Source: Podospora anserina | Taxonomy: Eukaryota | Direction of reading: 5' to 3' | NCBI GenBank assembly: GCA_017654855.1 | Contig: CM030336.1 | Location: 4,340,001 to 4,404,000, forward strand | Length of the DNA: 64,000 nt | Shown: piece after piece, positions 40,057-54,570 of the stretch | How the letters are laid out: the number at the start of each line of letters is the position of its first letter | How positions within the stretch are numbered: the first letter of the stretch is position 1 | The notes under the pieces: generated by a model | The model's input: the letters and a program-made list of their open reading frames with translations, nothing else | The model's database searches: none | Told to the model about the DNA's origin: nothing | Translations under genes and position numbers: made by a program

Positions 40057-42203
40057 GTCGGCGCTTATATGCTTCAGGTTCATTAAAAAACTTAGGGGTA
40101 TAAATATAAAAATAAGGAAGAAATCTTCCTTAGATTTTGGCAGTATGTCTTCCAGAAACAGCATTGGATTTCTCTCGAAATGAGAGTCGAGATATTTATA
40201 TATTTACCCGGACGTTTAAACTCCTGTCGCGAGAGGGCCGCTTTAAAACATAGCTAAACGCACCCGCTCTTAGCTACTCTTATCTCGAGAATGAACCACG
40301 GCGGGTAAAGATAATAGTATAAATACTTTATTAATTTAATTAATGGATTTAGGGCTATTTAGGTTATAAATACTTTAAACAGTTTTCGGAGTCGTTTTAC
40401 CGCTTAACGGGATCCTCTATCCGGATCATCCCTATATAGAATTCGGTATAATTTACGATGCTATTTCAAGGTATATAGTAAGGCGGCGAGGGTACGTACA
40501 TTATAGTAGATACGGAAGGCGGCGTTTCTATAGCCTATATTAAGCGTAATATCGCTTTCCAAATTAAAAATCAAATCCTAAATAATAAATTTAATATAGA
40601 AATTTTATATTATAATAGTACGTCGTAGGTTATATATTTTAGGTAAGAGAGCGATATTATTATTGGTTAAAGAAATATATAATAATGATGTTTATTAGAA
40701 AACCTAAAGATAAGCCTGCTTACTAATTATCGCCTTTAATGCCTCCGCCCTACCCGGTTATTAATTAAGGCTGCCTACATAATAGTTCTTTTTAGTCCCG
40801 TCGGTGTTACTAGACCAGTACGGGAAGATGCAACTGACCATCCGCTTCAATTCTTTGATCGAGCACATGTAGCAAGCCCTGTGAGTACAAGCATAGGTAT
40901 CGAGACCAGCAGAAACTTCGGACTGGCATTCGTGGCATTTCCAACCGCACTTTTTGGACGCCTTCGTGCGGTAGGAGCTGTTGTCGCAATGGCCAGCGTC
41001 ATATTTAGTGCTTGTCGTATAGTTTGTACCCGGTGCAGCGCTGCAGTTGACCGTTCCAATCATAAACAGCAGCTCTGACGGCATCTTCACACTCCATCGC
41101 ACTCTCAGGGATCCAGACAACATTGCCCGAGAATGGAAACGCCGACGGCCCCATCCAACCCACGGAAGGATCTTGCCCGTCGAAGAGAAATCCCGACGAC
41201 GGAATGTTGGGTTCCGGCATACCGCTGAAGAGACGGAGAGGGGCCAGCATTGCCAATACCCATCCCGAAGAAGTCTGAAAGGGAGGGGGTTGAGGTTGAA
41301 GTAGTGAATACGGTATCCAATAGCGAAAGGGGCGGTTAAGAATAGAGCGGCAATCTCTGTGTGCAATGCAATCCAAGTGTGCTTTTCAAACATACTACTG
41401 CATGGCCAGCTTCTGAATACCCAGCACAGGCCGGGTCAGCACGTTGTTTCAAGGGAGCCCATATTGTGAGTGCACGACTTTGGCCTGCAAGAAACCGGCT
41501 GTGGGCCCAGTAGAAAACAGCCTCAGAGTATTTACATACAATTCCAACTGATATTTTTATCCATAAGAGGCGGACAATAACAAGGTCGGCCGGCCGTGCG
41601 GCAACATCCCACAGCAACTACGGTGAAGAGTGGCACCCAGTGATCTAACCAATCACTGTTAATCTTGAGAGCCACCCGCTGCACGCCTAAAATAAGGTGG
41701 TTGGCGACAGCGTGTTTCAGCATATGATATTCCTGCTAGATTGACTGTCTACCTACGAGAGCTTGGGATCTTCTCCGTTACACCCAACCTTTTCGAATCG
41801 AAAACAGATGCAAGGAAACTGATTGCCAGCCAATTCACTTCAGCCAGGGCGCATATCCTCCAAATCCTGCTTCTGAATGGTTGCAATCATGACTTCAATT
41901 TGCACACCCTTGGGTGCCTCTGTCCAAGCCACAAGTCACCAGCAGGTATCCAAACCCAAAGCAGCTTGTGGCGGTCTCGCACGGTGACAGCCTGCCCCTC
42001 AAGCACCGTGATTCTCAGCCGGCTGGATATCTGAGTTTGTCGTGTAGTTTGCAGGGAAAACATTCGGAGTTGATCAAACACGCGACATGATGGATAGACC
42101 TGGATGAAATGGATCGGGCACACTCGGACACAGGATGCATCCACCAACGTAAATGAAATTACTTCCAAGACGCAAAGTTCACAAGCGTCGTAACATAATG
42201 CCA

Positions 42204-42626
42204 CTACTCCCCTTCCTTCCCCCCTTCCTTCTTCTTCCCTTTTTTACCCTCCTTTCCCTCCTCCCTTCCCCCCTCCCCCCTCCTCCCCCTCCCCCTTCCT
42301 CCCCTTCCACCCCTCTTAAACCCCTCCAACCACCTCCTGTGCTCCTCCACCCGAGCCTGACTCTCAGCAATAACCTTGTCCATATGTTCCACATTCTGGT
42401 TAAACTCCTCCTGTCCAGCACGATGTTGTCTGGCACGGACAAATCCACTTAATAGAATGGTAAAGGCTTCGGCTGTTCGATCCCCAATCCCTGCTGTGTC
42501 GTCGGGTGGCGTGTTAGTCCCGGCGTCATGATGTGAGGTAGGCTTGGGGGCGGTCTCGGGGGCGAGATGGGCGGTATGGGGCTCAGGATTGCTGACAGGG
42601 GAGGTTGTGGGTTTTTTGTCGGCCAT
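42204..42626 (-). CDS. Small hypothetical protein (140 aa) with basic Gly/Lys/Arg-rich tail
   Basis: ATG at 42626 in good context (AACACGATGG); open frame MADKKPTT...KEGE. Confidence 0.5.
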   Translation of the reverse strand: MADKKPTTSPVSNPEPHTAHLAPETAPKPTSHHDAGTNTPPDDTAGIGDRTAEAFTILLSGFVRARQHRAGQEEFNQNVEHMDKVIAESQARVEEHRRWLEGFKRGGRGGRGRGRRGEGGREEGKEGKKGKKKEGGKEGE

Positions 42627-43655
42627 CGTGTTGATGGGAGATGTTATGAGGGAAATGCTTTGTTGATCTGTTGGCCCGAGGGAGTAAGTGAGTGCGTAAA
42701 GTTGAGGGACGTTGTTGATTAGGTTGGGAAGAATAGAAGAAGGGTCGCTTTTATGGAGATCGAAAGGCGAAACATTGCACATCATACCCAGGAAGAAAGT
42801 CACTGTACACTCACAAGCCCAACAACTCTCCACCACACGGCCATCATACAACATGTCAGAAGTGTTGATTTGATTCATCCTACAGGTACCAAACACCCCT
42901 TCCCTCAACCCCCTCCCCCACATAATCCGGGCACCTCAGTGATCAGCCCGCAAAGGAACATCAAAAGGAACAAACAAAATCCTCTCCCCCTCCCCAGTAT
43001 CATTAACATTCTTCTTGCCATCCCCATCCCTCTTCCTCTCCAACGGCTGCAAAATCGGCCTAATCCCAAGCCTAGTCCTCTTGCTTTTGTCCAGTACCAC
43101 TTTGCAGTTTTCTCGTCGTGAGTAGATGTCCCTGACTGCCGCCTCGATCGCGGCCCGAGGTGGGGGCTACGAGGGGGGATACCTGATTGCGATGGAAGTG
43201 ACTCGCTTTTTCAGCTTTGTGGGTTCTTTGGGGTTGGAAGGCTCGGGGTTAGTGGCCGTGGTTGTTGGCTGTTGAAGTTGCGACATGATGATTCGGGAAT
43301 GTTGAGCGGTTTGTGTTGGTTTGATGGATATTTTCGTAGGCCTAAAATAGGTGATTGGTGTCAGTCTATGTAGGCAGCGTGTTTATGATAAAGCGGCAAT
43401 GAGCTACAATAAGTACCTTATCTATCAACCATTGTAACAGTCAACTGCGCGTCAGTGGGTCTGGTCTGTCAAATGACATCCTGTCTCTTGACCTGACACG
43501 TAATGTGAATCACAGTACAGCGACGACGATAATGACTATGTTTTGTTCTCCAAAATGACATCTGCTCGGTTGACTGCATGTCACAGGTTGTATCTTCAGT
43601 CCTAAACACCCAAAAGAAATCATGCAATATACACAACAGCCCAATAAAACTCCAA

Positions 43656-46600
43656 CTAATACCGATGCGTCTGAATCCCCCTTTTCCCAAAAAAGCCGTT
43701 CCTTAGCACATTGCTACTCGCCCTCTTCATCAACTTCCCAAAAGTCCCCTTTTGATCTTCAGACCCACCACCACTATGACTATCATGTTCTGAATTAATC
43801 TCACCAAGCTTGTTGCTCGATATTTTCTTCGTGATTGACTTGGCATGCCTCTTGATCAGAGTTCCCAAAGGAATCTTGGACGGCTTCCAAAAATGCCGTT
43901 TCCGGTGGTCATCCCCATCATCCTCCATGTGCTGAGCATCGGAATTTGGTGACGACTGTCGTAACTTATGCCGACCTTCATCATTCGACTCTTCCCCGAG
44001 ATAGGTTATTTGAGAAAGGGGACTCGGCTTAGTAATAGACGGCGATACCGGTCCTGAGGCTGGCGCTACAGTCGACTTTGGGGTGGTGTTAAGGCCGGGC
44101 GACGAAGGTGCAGATAGCGGGGGCCGAATGCCCTTTGGTGTCCGGTTGAAGACTTTGGATAGAATGGTAGAAGTAAAGCGTGGGGGTGACTCGGCCGGTT
44201 TCATCACGACCTTCGTCAGATGTTCATCTGCGGGCAGCTTCACTATTGTCAAAACGCCACCCGGGGGGCCAGGTCGTACTTCCTCGTTCCATTGAAAGCC
44301 GTACTTGGTCTTTCCCGGGACCAGCTTCGATTCGGCGAGTTTGACCTCTGGTCGCAGTCTGCACCCGTAAGAGCCAACCCAGCAGCGCGGATCACGCGTG
44401 TGACGAGTGATCTGAAGCCTCCCGGACCGCGTCAGGGCTGACCTCTGACCAGGCGTAAAAGGGAAGGTGGCTGCGGTGCGATACTTGCGGTGTTTCTCAA
44501 TTCGTGTCTTCCAGCCAGGGCCTCTGGGAATCTCGTCTTTTCCCCAAACGGCGTATATCAGCTCGTTCGCATAGCTCCGAGTGGTGCCCACTATGGTAAG
44601 ACTGTCGATGTGGTGGCCTATCGTCTTCAGTGGGTCGAGGATGCAAAGATAGGCATCTGGATGATACGGTACAAATTCTTGAACGTGTTAGCAAGTGTGT
44701 AGAATTGCATTGGGAGCATAAAGGCTTACCCTCATCGTCGTTCTCTGCGGTCTCATCGCTGGCGTGACTGGTGTCTGACCAACCCGATGATTCTTCCTCT
44801 GTCTCTGGCTCATCATGCCTGACTCTTCGTTCTGCCGACCCCTTCTTCCACTTCATTCCTTCCCGAAAGCCGTAATACCTGCGCACCATCAAACACAAAT
44901 TCCCAATGTTGACTCCGTCGGCCCTGGTACACTGCAAGTCGGCAAATCTCAACACCAACTGGCGAACTCTCTGAAGTCCTCTCCATTGATCCACACCGAC
45001 AGCAGTTGGATGAACATTCCCTCCCAACTTGGTGTAGTCAACCTCAAGCGTGATGTATCTCATCAGAGGAACGAAGGAGTCCATCAGAAGTGTCGCTGTC
45101 GGGCAATTCTTCTCCGCCACAAACGGGCTGTACACAACGTGAAATCTCCGAGCAAGGAAGAAGGCGGCGAGAAAGTCGACACGCATGTCGTAGCAGACTG
45201 ACATATAAGGGTAAAGCGGAGAAATTGCAGACGCAAAGGAGTCCAAACATTCTGTAGTCCACAGCTTGCGACCATCCAGAGGATTCAGGGGCCATATTGG
45301 CTCATAGCAATGCGGAGGGTTCATGCGAACAGGCTTTGGATTGAGGTTTCCCGTATTGTGATCGTTGAGAATCATGTTGGTAATCTTGAAGCGGGCTCGA
45401 TCGGGCAATAAGAAGTAAAGACAACGGTTTAATCTTGCTAGGCCTTTGAGCTGAGGATACCTTCCATTTTGGAGTCCTGTATGGTTTAATGTGTGTGTGC
45501 CATCGGGGTCACGGGAAGCTCTTTCCCTTCTCAGACGAAGAACTCCTTGCTGAAAGGACAGCTCTTTGTCAAAGATGAACTTATCCGCCGGGTTGTTGAG
45601 CGTTCTCTCCCACGTTACCTCGACAGTCCGATCCCAAGGAGGGTACTCGAGGGGAACGGGAGCCCGTTCCGGGGAGCGGAGAATTCTTACCGGAGGCGCA
45701 TACCCAACGAATCTGGGCAGTTTCGGAGATTCTTGCTTCTGTATACGTGGCTCATTGCCACAAATGAAGAGTCCACCACTTGCAAGTGGATGGAATGGGA
45801 CAGCCGGTTTATCTGCTGCTTCAGTTCCCAGATCATTAGCAGGGACTCGAACGGTCGGCGTGTCCGGAGGCGCTCGCAAATCTGATGGACTTTGATGCCC
45901 CTCTGAGCACGACGGCGACGTTTTGCCGGCGCTTGACTCTCCTTGCCGCGATTGGGACTCTTTTTCAATAGCCGGTGTGGGTACTGGTGGGGAGATAATG
46001 GGTGTTATCCAAAGTCCTTGAATCTCAGCTGGGTGTTTAAGATTCACATCCACACAATGCGGTGAGGATATGCTCTGAAACAGTGCCTCGGTAAATAAAG
46101 CAGGACTGCCTGGGGGCTTCAGTGGACACTTTGGCGATGCTGGGGTCGGCGGGAGTGTTGGCACAGTTGGAACTGCAGCTGGGGTTGTGGAGGGCCTGCT
46201 GGGGGCTGCCAAGGATGGTGGAGTCGGAGAAAGCTTCACAGAATCTCTCGAACCCCCTTGAGTTACCGAGGCGCAGGACGAACTCCTGCGTGAAGCAGAA
46301 GTAGAGGGTGAAACAAGCTTTGACGAAGCAGTTGAAGTTGCAGATACCGGGGTTGTGGGCAGACTCGCATGTGCCGCGTGATTTCTTGATGGAATTCGCA
46401 TCTGAAGCTGTTTGCCTTGGGTCCTTGTCAAACTTCGAGATTTTGCGCTCAAGAGTGGATAGTGAGACGAGCACCCACGGTCTGGATCCTTGGCTATTCT
46501 TGTGTCTTGACTTTCTTGGGCTGCAGAAAGCCTGCCAGAAGGCGTGGCAGTCGTTTGACTGGCTGCCGACTTGGCCAGGATTCTCGTCGAAACAGAGTGC

Positions 46601-47640
46601 CCAGATACCCTTTCTGGCCTCAATGTTACCTCATGAGTGGATGAACGCCTACTGGGTGTGGTCGGAGTTGGTAGTCTCTCGGATATCCCTCCAGGCGCTC
46701 CCCCAGGAGCAGTCACAGTTGTTTGCTTCGCCAACCTACCGCTTCCTTCTTGATTAACAAGTGTTTCAGTTGACGCAGTCCCCAATTGCCTCGAGGTTGC
46801 TTGGATTGTGGAAGGCTTTGATGATGATGTCCCTTGCTTATCTTGTGTTTTTACGGCATCCTGTACCGGGGATGATCTGGCTGGAATGGCGGATTGAGTC
46901 GCAGAAGCTCTGACGGGTTGACGGGGAGTAGGGGATCTGGTGGGAGGTAGAGTTCCGTTGGTTGGGTTGCCAACCGTGGAGGCAGAGCCAACCTCCCTTG
47001 TCTCGAGTTGGGCGGGGAGTCTTTTGGCCTTTGTGAGTGTCGGCGTGGGTGCAGGAGAAGGCGCCTTTGAGTCAGTTTGCCACGTGCGTGGCCCTGATGA
47101 TGGTACAGCCAAAAGGCTAGCGGGGCGTGGTCGAGGTTCGGTCTTTAATACTCCAGATGAAAGCAAAGCAATAGGGGAACCCAGAGCGACTGGTATGCCA
47201 GAGAGCGATTGTCTCCTCGTCTCAGTACTACTTGTTGCCCTAGGGGGGACAGGTGCTTTGCTTGATGGTGTTGCACCTCGTCCATGTTGTGTCGTGGAAG
47301 GTCTTGGTCCTATTGGCGTAGTTGAGCTCCGTGGCCCTGGCAGGGAATATGATGAAGGACTTGTGAGTCGGCTGTTGCTTTTGGATTGCTTGGGGCCACT
47401 TGACGGCTTTGGACGTATCTTCACTCCCACCATTGACGGCATCGAAGACGGTTTGCGTAACGATGAGGCAGACAAGGACCTGTGCCGCGCTGCTTGAGGA
47501 CTGTGTGACTTCGAACCGCCAGGTAGAGCTGTATTTTCTCCTTTGGGCGTAGGGGGCTGGGTGAACGGTGGAGTTTGTGCGGTTCGGATTGTCTGCCTGG
47601 TGCCAGTGAATGTTGGCGCAGATAGCCTAAATATCGGCAT
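43656..47640 (-). CDS. Large hypothetical protein (~1310 aa) with Ser/Pro/Thr-rich disordered N-terminus and globular C-terminal region
   Basis: The 1047-aa ORF is joined in frame to the 43656-44591 ORF by a GT-AG intron at 44678-44729 (CTAAC branch site). Confidence 0.85.
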
Positions 47641-48797
47641 GTTAAATTTGGAATTTCAGACTTTGCGATATGGTATACATCGGGAAGGCTTGCGTCCATC
47701 AAGTACGTGGGTGGGACAAGCAAGGGCGGGGATGGGCTTGTGGAGGCAACTGGGTATCACAAGGCCAAAAGTGACAGAACAAGTGAAGTACTGACAACTC
47801 GGTTTGTTTCAGAGGTATCCGTGAGCTAGAGCCACCCAGGGCTAGAGGTGAGGATTTTCTGATGTCGCCCGTGGTGGCCGGGGGACCACCACCCTCGTTC
47901 TCGAGGACAGCTCCATCGTCAGGGGCCTCATCGTCATCATCCTCCAACAGGCGCGCAGTGCTCCCTGGTTGTCCGGCTACGGCTGTTGCGGGCTCCGGCG
48001 GTCGTTGTATCTCCATTTGTATATAGATGGCTGTGTATTCGAGGTAGAGAAAGTTGGTGATGCTGCCGTCTTTAATGGCAGTGGATGCTCGGCGCAAGCC
48101 ATTCCGATCCCGCCTTGGGTTTTCGCGACTAAGCTCCCCCTGACTTGTGCCACAAGAGCCGAACCCAATGAGTACGCATCATAGCTCATGGCCCCTTAAA
48201 GTTCCCCCACCATGGGCGACGAAGCCCCAACGGCGATGTGGTTCTTAGGACACGGCTAACGGCGCTACACCAACAAGGCGAGCCTTTCAAGGCGGCGGGG
48301 CAGCCATCATATATCTGGGGAGTTGGAATGGATGAGACAAGCCCAGCTCAGGAATACGAAGAAATAGGGAGGTCGCTGCAAGAATTCTGCGACAGTTGCT
48401 GGCGTGAACGAGATGGAGATGTTGTGGCACACAGCGAGCAGCAAGACAGTCTTGGCAGTCACTTATTGGAATTGGCTTGGCGGATGTCAAAAGCGGGTCC
48501 ATGCCAAGACAGCATGAAGTGTGAAGTGGTCTAGATAAGATAAGATCATGCTGGGGTTGTTATCGATAACAGCCTAACCCTGGCAACCCCGCGAAAAAAC
48601 GTCAGTCACCCCGCCATAAGCTCTGGCGGCTGCTTGAAGCTTCTGGTGCTGTCTCGTGGCGCCCGCCCTTGGTATTTTTGCCTCTTACTTTTTGCGATAA
48701 AACATTTGCTGACGGCGCCTCCCATAATTGTGCTGCTCTCTTGATAGCTGCACACATAAACCAACATTTACCTGAACCGCAAAGACCAACCATCACC

Positions 48798-49404
48798 ATG
48801 TCTGTCGTCGGAGGCCCCGTTCCCAAGAACTTTGACGCTGAAAATGCGGACAACCTCGAGGATGTGCGACTTCCCTGTTCCTAGGTTGCCTGCCCAGCGC
48901 TTCCATTGACACTATGATGCCGTAGATCGAGAAGCAGTTCGCCGTCAAGGCTGTCCAGCACATGGCCACCTACTGGTCCATCCTCGAGAAGGTCAAGGGC
49001 TCTACTCTGCGCCTGACCAAGATCGACGACGAGATCTACGAGCACCTCAAGACCGACTTCCCCGAGTTCGACCCCGCTGCCACCATTGATGAAGACGAGA
49101 TGAAGAGCAAAACCGGCAAGGAGAGGTGGCGCAAGTTCCTGATGGCCTACGACAAGAGGGTCGATGACTACAACTTTGGCACCATGCTGCGCTCCAACCC
49201 CAAGGCCGAGTACACCGAGGAGGATACCATCTTCGGTATGTTTTGGCTGAAGGAACGGACCTTGTCGAGAATTGATCACTAACACCTTAAACAGTACCAA
49301 GAATGCAATTTTACGCCATCGAGATTGCGCGAAACAAGCTTGGCCTGAATGACTGGATCTACGAGAAGGCGCAGCAGGAGAAGGCTGCTGGATCTAGCGC
49401 CTGA
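48798..49404 (+). CDS. PBDC1 / YPL225W-family protein
   Basis: FDAENADNLED|IEKQFAVKAV...LRLTKIDDEIYEH...DYNFGTMLR...F|VPRMQFYAIEIARN; introns 48864-48925 and 49236-49294. Confidence 0.92.
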
Positions 49405-49822
49405 AGATAATACTTTTTCTGAAGTTAGAAATGATACCTACCTCTTCACTGTTCTTCTCAAGTGAGATGATGTCCCCTGTGCCTGTACCCTGCTCTGGAC
49501 CATTGTGCGTGGCCCCCCACCATGCTTTGTACCCCTTAGTATTGTCCTCGACCACAACCCCTGAAGAGCACCACACCACAATACCAACATCGCACAAAGG
49601 CTTACAGCTTCACCACACGTCCCATTATACTCAGGAACCAAGAGGCGGCAATCATGGAAGCCACACAGACTTTTTGTCGGGAATTAGTTCCATGCCGAAA
49701 TCCGACTTCGTTTTCCCATACTTTGTCGACGCACCCATCTCGATCAATTGACAAGCACTTGGTCTCATTCGTCTCGACCAATTCCATGATCCTCTCTCCC
49801 CGAGAGACTTATCACCATCGAC

Positions 49823-52800
49823 ATGGTTTCCTCGTCAATTCCTCAGTCCTCTTCCCTCAATGGGTACCCGACTCCAACGACAGAGCGGGACGACATCGCC
49901 ATCAAAATGGAGGAGACACCAAGCGAACGAGAAAAGGCTGGGCCAGTCCCGACCACAAGATCGACATTCGCGACGCTATTCAGCTTCACCCGACCGAAAC
50001 ACATACCTCTCATTCTTCTCTCGTTTCTCACTGCTTCCCTCGTTGCGGCTGGCCGCACTGCTTATGCCATCATGCTTGGCAAGATCTTCGAAATTGTATC
50101 GAAATGGGGTGCCGGCACCCTGACACCCAACGAGTTTGTTTCCCAGATCTCACAATGGTCCATCTACTTCGTCCTTCTTGGGCTGGGAGTATGGCTGTTT
50201 TCTTCGATTGACATTGCCCTGTGGGTGGTGTCTGGCGAATTGAGGGCCAGGACAACAAGAGAGATCATGTTTGGATCTTTATTGCGCAAGACGGCGGGGT
50301 GGTATGATCTCAGGGGCGAGGGTGTTTGGGCATTGCTTGTGCAGGTTCAGACGTAAGTCGCATGATTTGAGGTGCTGAACAGGAGCCAGACTGACAAAAC
50401 AACAGGCAGACCCGAGAGCTTCAGCTGGCCACCTCCCAGACATTGGGCTTTTTGGTCTGCGATGTGCTGGTCTTTGTGGCCTGCTTCATCGTCGCTTTTT
50501 CCTTCTCTTGGAAACTCACGCTGGTGCTGCTCGCTACTGGCGTGCCATCGGCTGTGATACTCTGGGCTCTCGGCCGCTTCCTCGATCCCGCCATCGAAGG
50601 GCAGAAACGAGAATTAGCAGAGGCTGCCAAGCATGCCACCGCCGCAACCACATCCATCGATATCGTCAAGGTTTACAATGCAGCCGATCAGGAAGCCTTT
50701 CAGTTCATCTCAGCCATCCGCCGGTCTGCCAAGTACTACTCGAGGCAGGTGCTTTGCAACTGCGGCCAGATGAGCTACATCAAGATGTGGATGATCATGC
50801 TGTTCGTAGTAGGCTTTTACTTTGCCGTTGTTCTCGTCGGGAGAGGTGATCTCACTCCGGGAAATGCACTCACGACCTTTTACGCTGCTTTGAGTGCTTT
50901 CAAGAGTATAGAGACTCTGGGGCCCGAGTGGCTGATATTGGCCAAGGGAATGCAGGCTGCGCAGCTGCTCAAGAATGTGGCCGGTGAGGAGGCAAATGAG
51001 GAGCTCGACAAGAATAACGGATGGAAGAAGCCTTCAAGCTGCACGGGCGACATCAAGATGACGAATGTCAGCTTTGCCTATCCCTCCAACCCAACCAAGA
51101 CGGTGCTCGAGCCATCGACGTTTCACTTTCCCGAGGGAGAACTCACTTTTGTTGTGGGCAGGAGTGGTTCCGGGAAGAGTACGCTGGGAAATCTTTTGCT
51201 GAGATTCTATGAACCTACCGATGGCCGCATTACTGTCGACGGCCATGACGTTACGACACTTGATCTGGAATGGCTACGCCGCAATGTCACACTCATTCAG
51301 CAGTCAAGCATCCTGTTCAACGATACCTTCGCCAAGAACGTTGCGTTTGGTGCCACCGAGCCGGACAAGGTCCCCCCTGAGGCGATCCAGCATGCCTGCG
51401 GCATGGCGCTTCTCCAGTCCACCATCACGGGCATGCCTGATGGCATCAACACGCAGCTCGGTTCTGGCGGCCACAACCTCAGCGGTGGACAAAAGCAACG
51501 GCTGGCACTTGCCAGAGCAAAGCTTCGTGATCCCCCTGTGCTCATCCTCGACGAAATCACCAGCGGCTTGGACCCCGTCAGCAGAACCATGATCATGGAA
51601 GCTATCCGCATTTGGCGCAAGGACAGGACCACCATCTTCATCACCCACGAGGTGGGGCATATTGAAGATGACGACTTTGTCTATGTCATGGCCGATGGTC
51701 GAGTTGTCCAACAAGGTCCCAGCAAGGAGATTGCCGCCGAAGAAGATGGACTCTTTGGTTCTTTGCTCGCTTCGGCAGATGATGCCTGCTCTTCAAGAGG
51801 GTCCGCCTCAACCGACAGCGACGTTGATAGTGTCTACGAGCTGTCTGATGACGAGCCAGTCCAGGAGGCCAGCTATGGGAAATTCCTCCGCGGGGCATTG
51901 ATCGACAATCCTAGGATGCATTCGCTCGGTTTTTTCCCTCGCATGTCGTGGAAATCTGATCCTGTTCAGCCTCCTCCTCCTCCTCCTCAGCAGCGTCGAC
52001 GGTCCACTGCCGCTAGGCCCACTTCGCGCGTTTCGTTGAGGCCGCAGAGCATGCACATCGTCACGACAATGGGACGGGAAGTGCAGAGCAGCAGGATTCC
52101 GAATGCGAGACAGGAAGAGAAGCCGTCGGTGGCGGAGAGCTCGGCGTCGTTGGACTCGCTGGACAAGTTCTTTTTGGAACACTTGGCGAGCAAGAAGGAT
52201 AAGAAGAAGGGACGGACGATTAAGGGTCATCGGTTACCTTCTATTGGGGCCATCTTGAAGACTGTTTGGCCTACGCTTGATAAGAGGGGGAGGTTGCAGT
52301 TGATAGCTGGGTTGCTTTTGTGTCTGGTCATTGCGGCTGGCAACCCGGTTTTCTCCTTTATCTTTGCCAATCTCATTGGGGCGTTTTGGCTGCCTGAGGG
52401 GCCGGAGTCGGCGGGGAGCACGTGGGCGGGATACCTGGCGATTGTTGCGGTGGTTGATGCCAGTGCGACGTTTCTCGGGTACTTTTTCCTGGAGAAGGTT
52501 GCTCAGAAGTGGGTGAATGCGCTGAGGGCCGAGGCCATCAGACGGATCCTCAGCCAGCCCAAGTCTTGGTTCGACAAGGCGAACCATTCTCCTAACAGGA
52601 TAACGCAATGCCTGGATCGGAACGCGGAAGAGATGAGGAAGTTGGTGGGCATGTTTCTGCCGATTGTGCTGACGGTTTCGCTGATGATTCTGACGTCGTT
52701 GGTTTGGGCGTTGATCATCAAGTGGGATCTTACTCTGGTGGCTTTGGCTGGTTTGCCTATGGCTATTGCGGCTGCGAGGGGGAATGCGGTGATGAGCGAC

Positions 52801-54327
52801 AAGTGGGAGTCGATTGCTAATGAGGCTGCTACTGCGACGAGCGCCATCTTCAACGAGACGTTTGCCAACATCAAGGTTGTGCGGGCGCTGACTCTGGAGA
52901 GGTACTTTTCTGACAAGCACACCAAGTCTGCCCATTCGACGTATCTTTTGGGGTATAAGCGGGCTGGGTTTGTGGGCATCTTTTATGGCTTTTATCAGTC
53001 GATTGCGTTTTTCCTGACGGCGTTGGTGTTTTATTACGGGGCAAAGATTCTGAGCACCAATTCGACGACTGTTACGGATGTCATCAAGGTCATCAACCTC
53101 ATTCTCTTCTCCCTAGGCACCTCAGTCATGGCGTTGAGCAACGTCCCTCAAATCGCCGCTTCAAAAGCCACCGCCACGCAGATCCTCTATTACGCCAACC
53201 TTCCCCACAACTCAAGCCACGAGGCCAAGGGAGACCGAAGAGTTGACTCCCCTCTTCCCGTGAAGATGACCAACCTCCGCTTCGCCTACCCTGGCTCCCC
53301 GAAGACGGAAGTTTTACGGAGCGTCAACCTCGAAATCCAACCGGGAACATGCACCGCAATCGTCGGCTTATCGGGCTGTGGAAAATCCACCATCGCGGCT
53401 TTACTTCTTGGGCTTTATGAACCACTAAACGACACCATCCCGTCTTACCACCGGCCCCCTCCCGCCGATGTTTCTCCCACCCCATCGTCATCAAAACGGT
53501 TCTCGAATATAGGCCCTGAACTCACGCTTTCCCCTCCCACGCTAATGTGGGAAACCACCACCACACCAAGCGTCTCTCCGCGGAACTCGATCCCGCTTTT
53601 CCCTGCCAGCCCACTGGATCAAAACCCTTCCTCTCCCCCACCCTTGACGTTTGCAGGGTGGGCTGCCTCGACCCTGGACACGGCAGCGCTGAGGGAGTTT
53701 ATTTCCTATGTACCCCAAACTCCCATCTTGTTTCCCTATACGATCAGGGAAAATATCACGTATGGTCTGCCGGACTCGTCGCCTTTGCTTACGGACGGAA
53801 ATAATATCGAGACTGCCGCGCGGGAGGCGGGGATTCACGATTTTATCATCTCTCTTCCCCTGGGGTATGATACCTTGGTTGGGGAGGGTGGGCAGACGGT
53901 GAGCGGGGGACAGGCGCAGAGGTTGTGTATTGCGAGGGCGCTGGCGAGGAGGCCAAAGCTGTTGGTGTTGGATGAGCCGACCAGTGCACTTGATGCAGAG
54001 GGGGCGGAGGGGGTGAGGGGGGTTGTTCAGGATTTGGTGGAGGGGGGGGACAGGGAGATGGCGGTTGTGGTTGTGACGCATAGTAAGGAGATGATGAGGG
54101 TTGCGGGGGAGGTGGTGATGGTTGAGGGGGGGGTTGTGGTTGAACGGGGGGGGTATGAGGAGTTGATCAGGAGGGGGGGGAAGTTTGCGAGCTTGGTTAC
54201 GGGGGGGGTGTGGGAGCCGAGGAGGGGGAAGGGAAGGAGGGAAGAGGAGGGAGGAGGTGATAATGGGGGGTTGAGGACGAGGAGGGAGGAGGCGTTGAGA
54301 CGGTTGGAGGGGTTTAGTTTTCGGTGA
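49823..54327 (+). CDS. Full-size ABCB transporter, Ste6/a-factor pheromone exporter-like
   Basis: TMD-NBD-TMD-NBD layout; GRSGSGKST, LSGGQKQR, LDE; GLSGCGKST, VSGGQAQR, LDEPTSALD; intron 50353-50405. Confidence 0.92.
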
Positions 54328-54570
54328 GGGGGGCGGGGGGCGGGGGAGTTCTTTTTTATGAGGTATATGGGTTATGGCGTTTATGAGGGAGGGTACGATG
54401 GGTTCTTGGATTGAGACGCGGAAATGGTATATACGATAGATTGGTACACAGAATTTTCACACTTGGTTGCAGCTGGCTTTTTTCTTTGTCCGTTTCCCAG
54501 ATTGTTAAGCGCATGTTTGTGTAGTTCAGTGTCCTTGCCGGTTCATTGTTCACAACTCTTCCATGACCGT

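Noticed and set aside
47699..48097. Acidic ORF as an upstream exon of the large hypothetical gene
   Set aside because: There is an in-frame stop 6 codons upstream of ATG 47640 with no acceptor AG in between, and no independent support for it as a gene.
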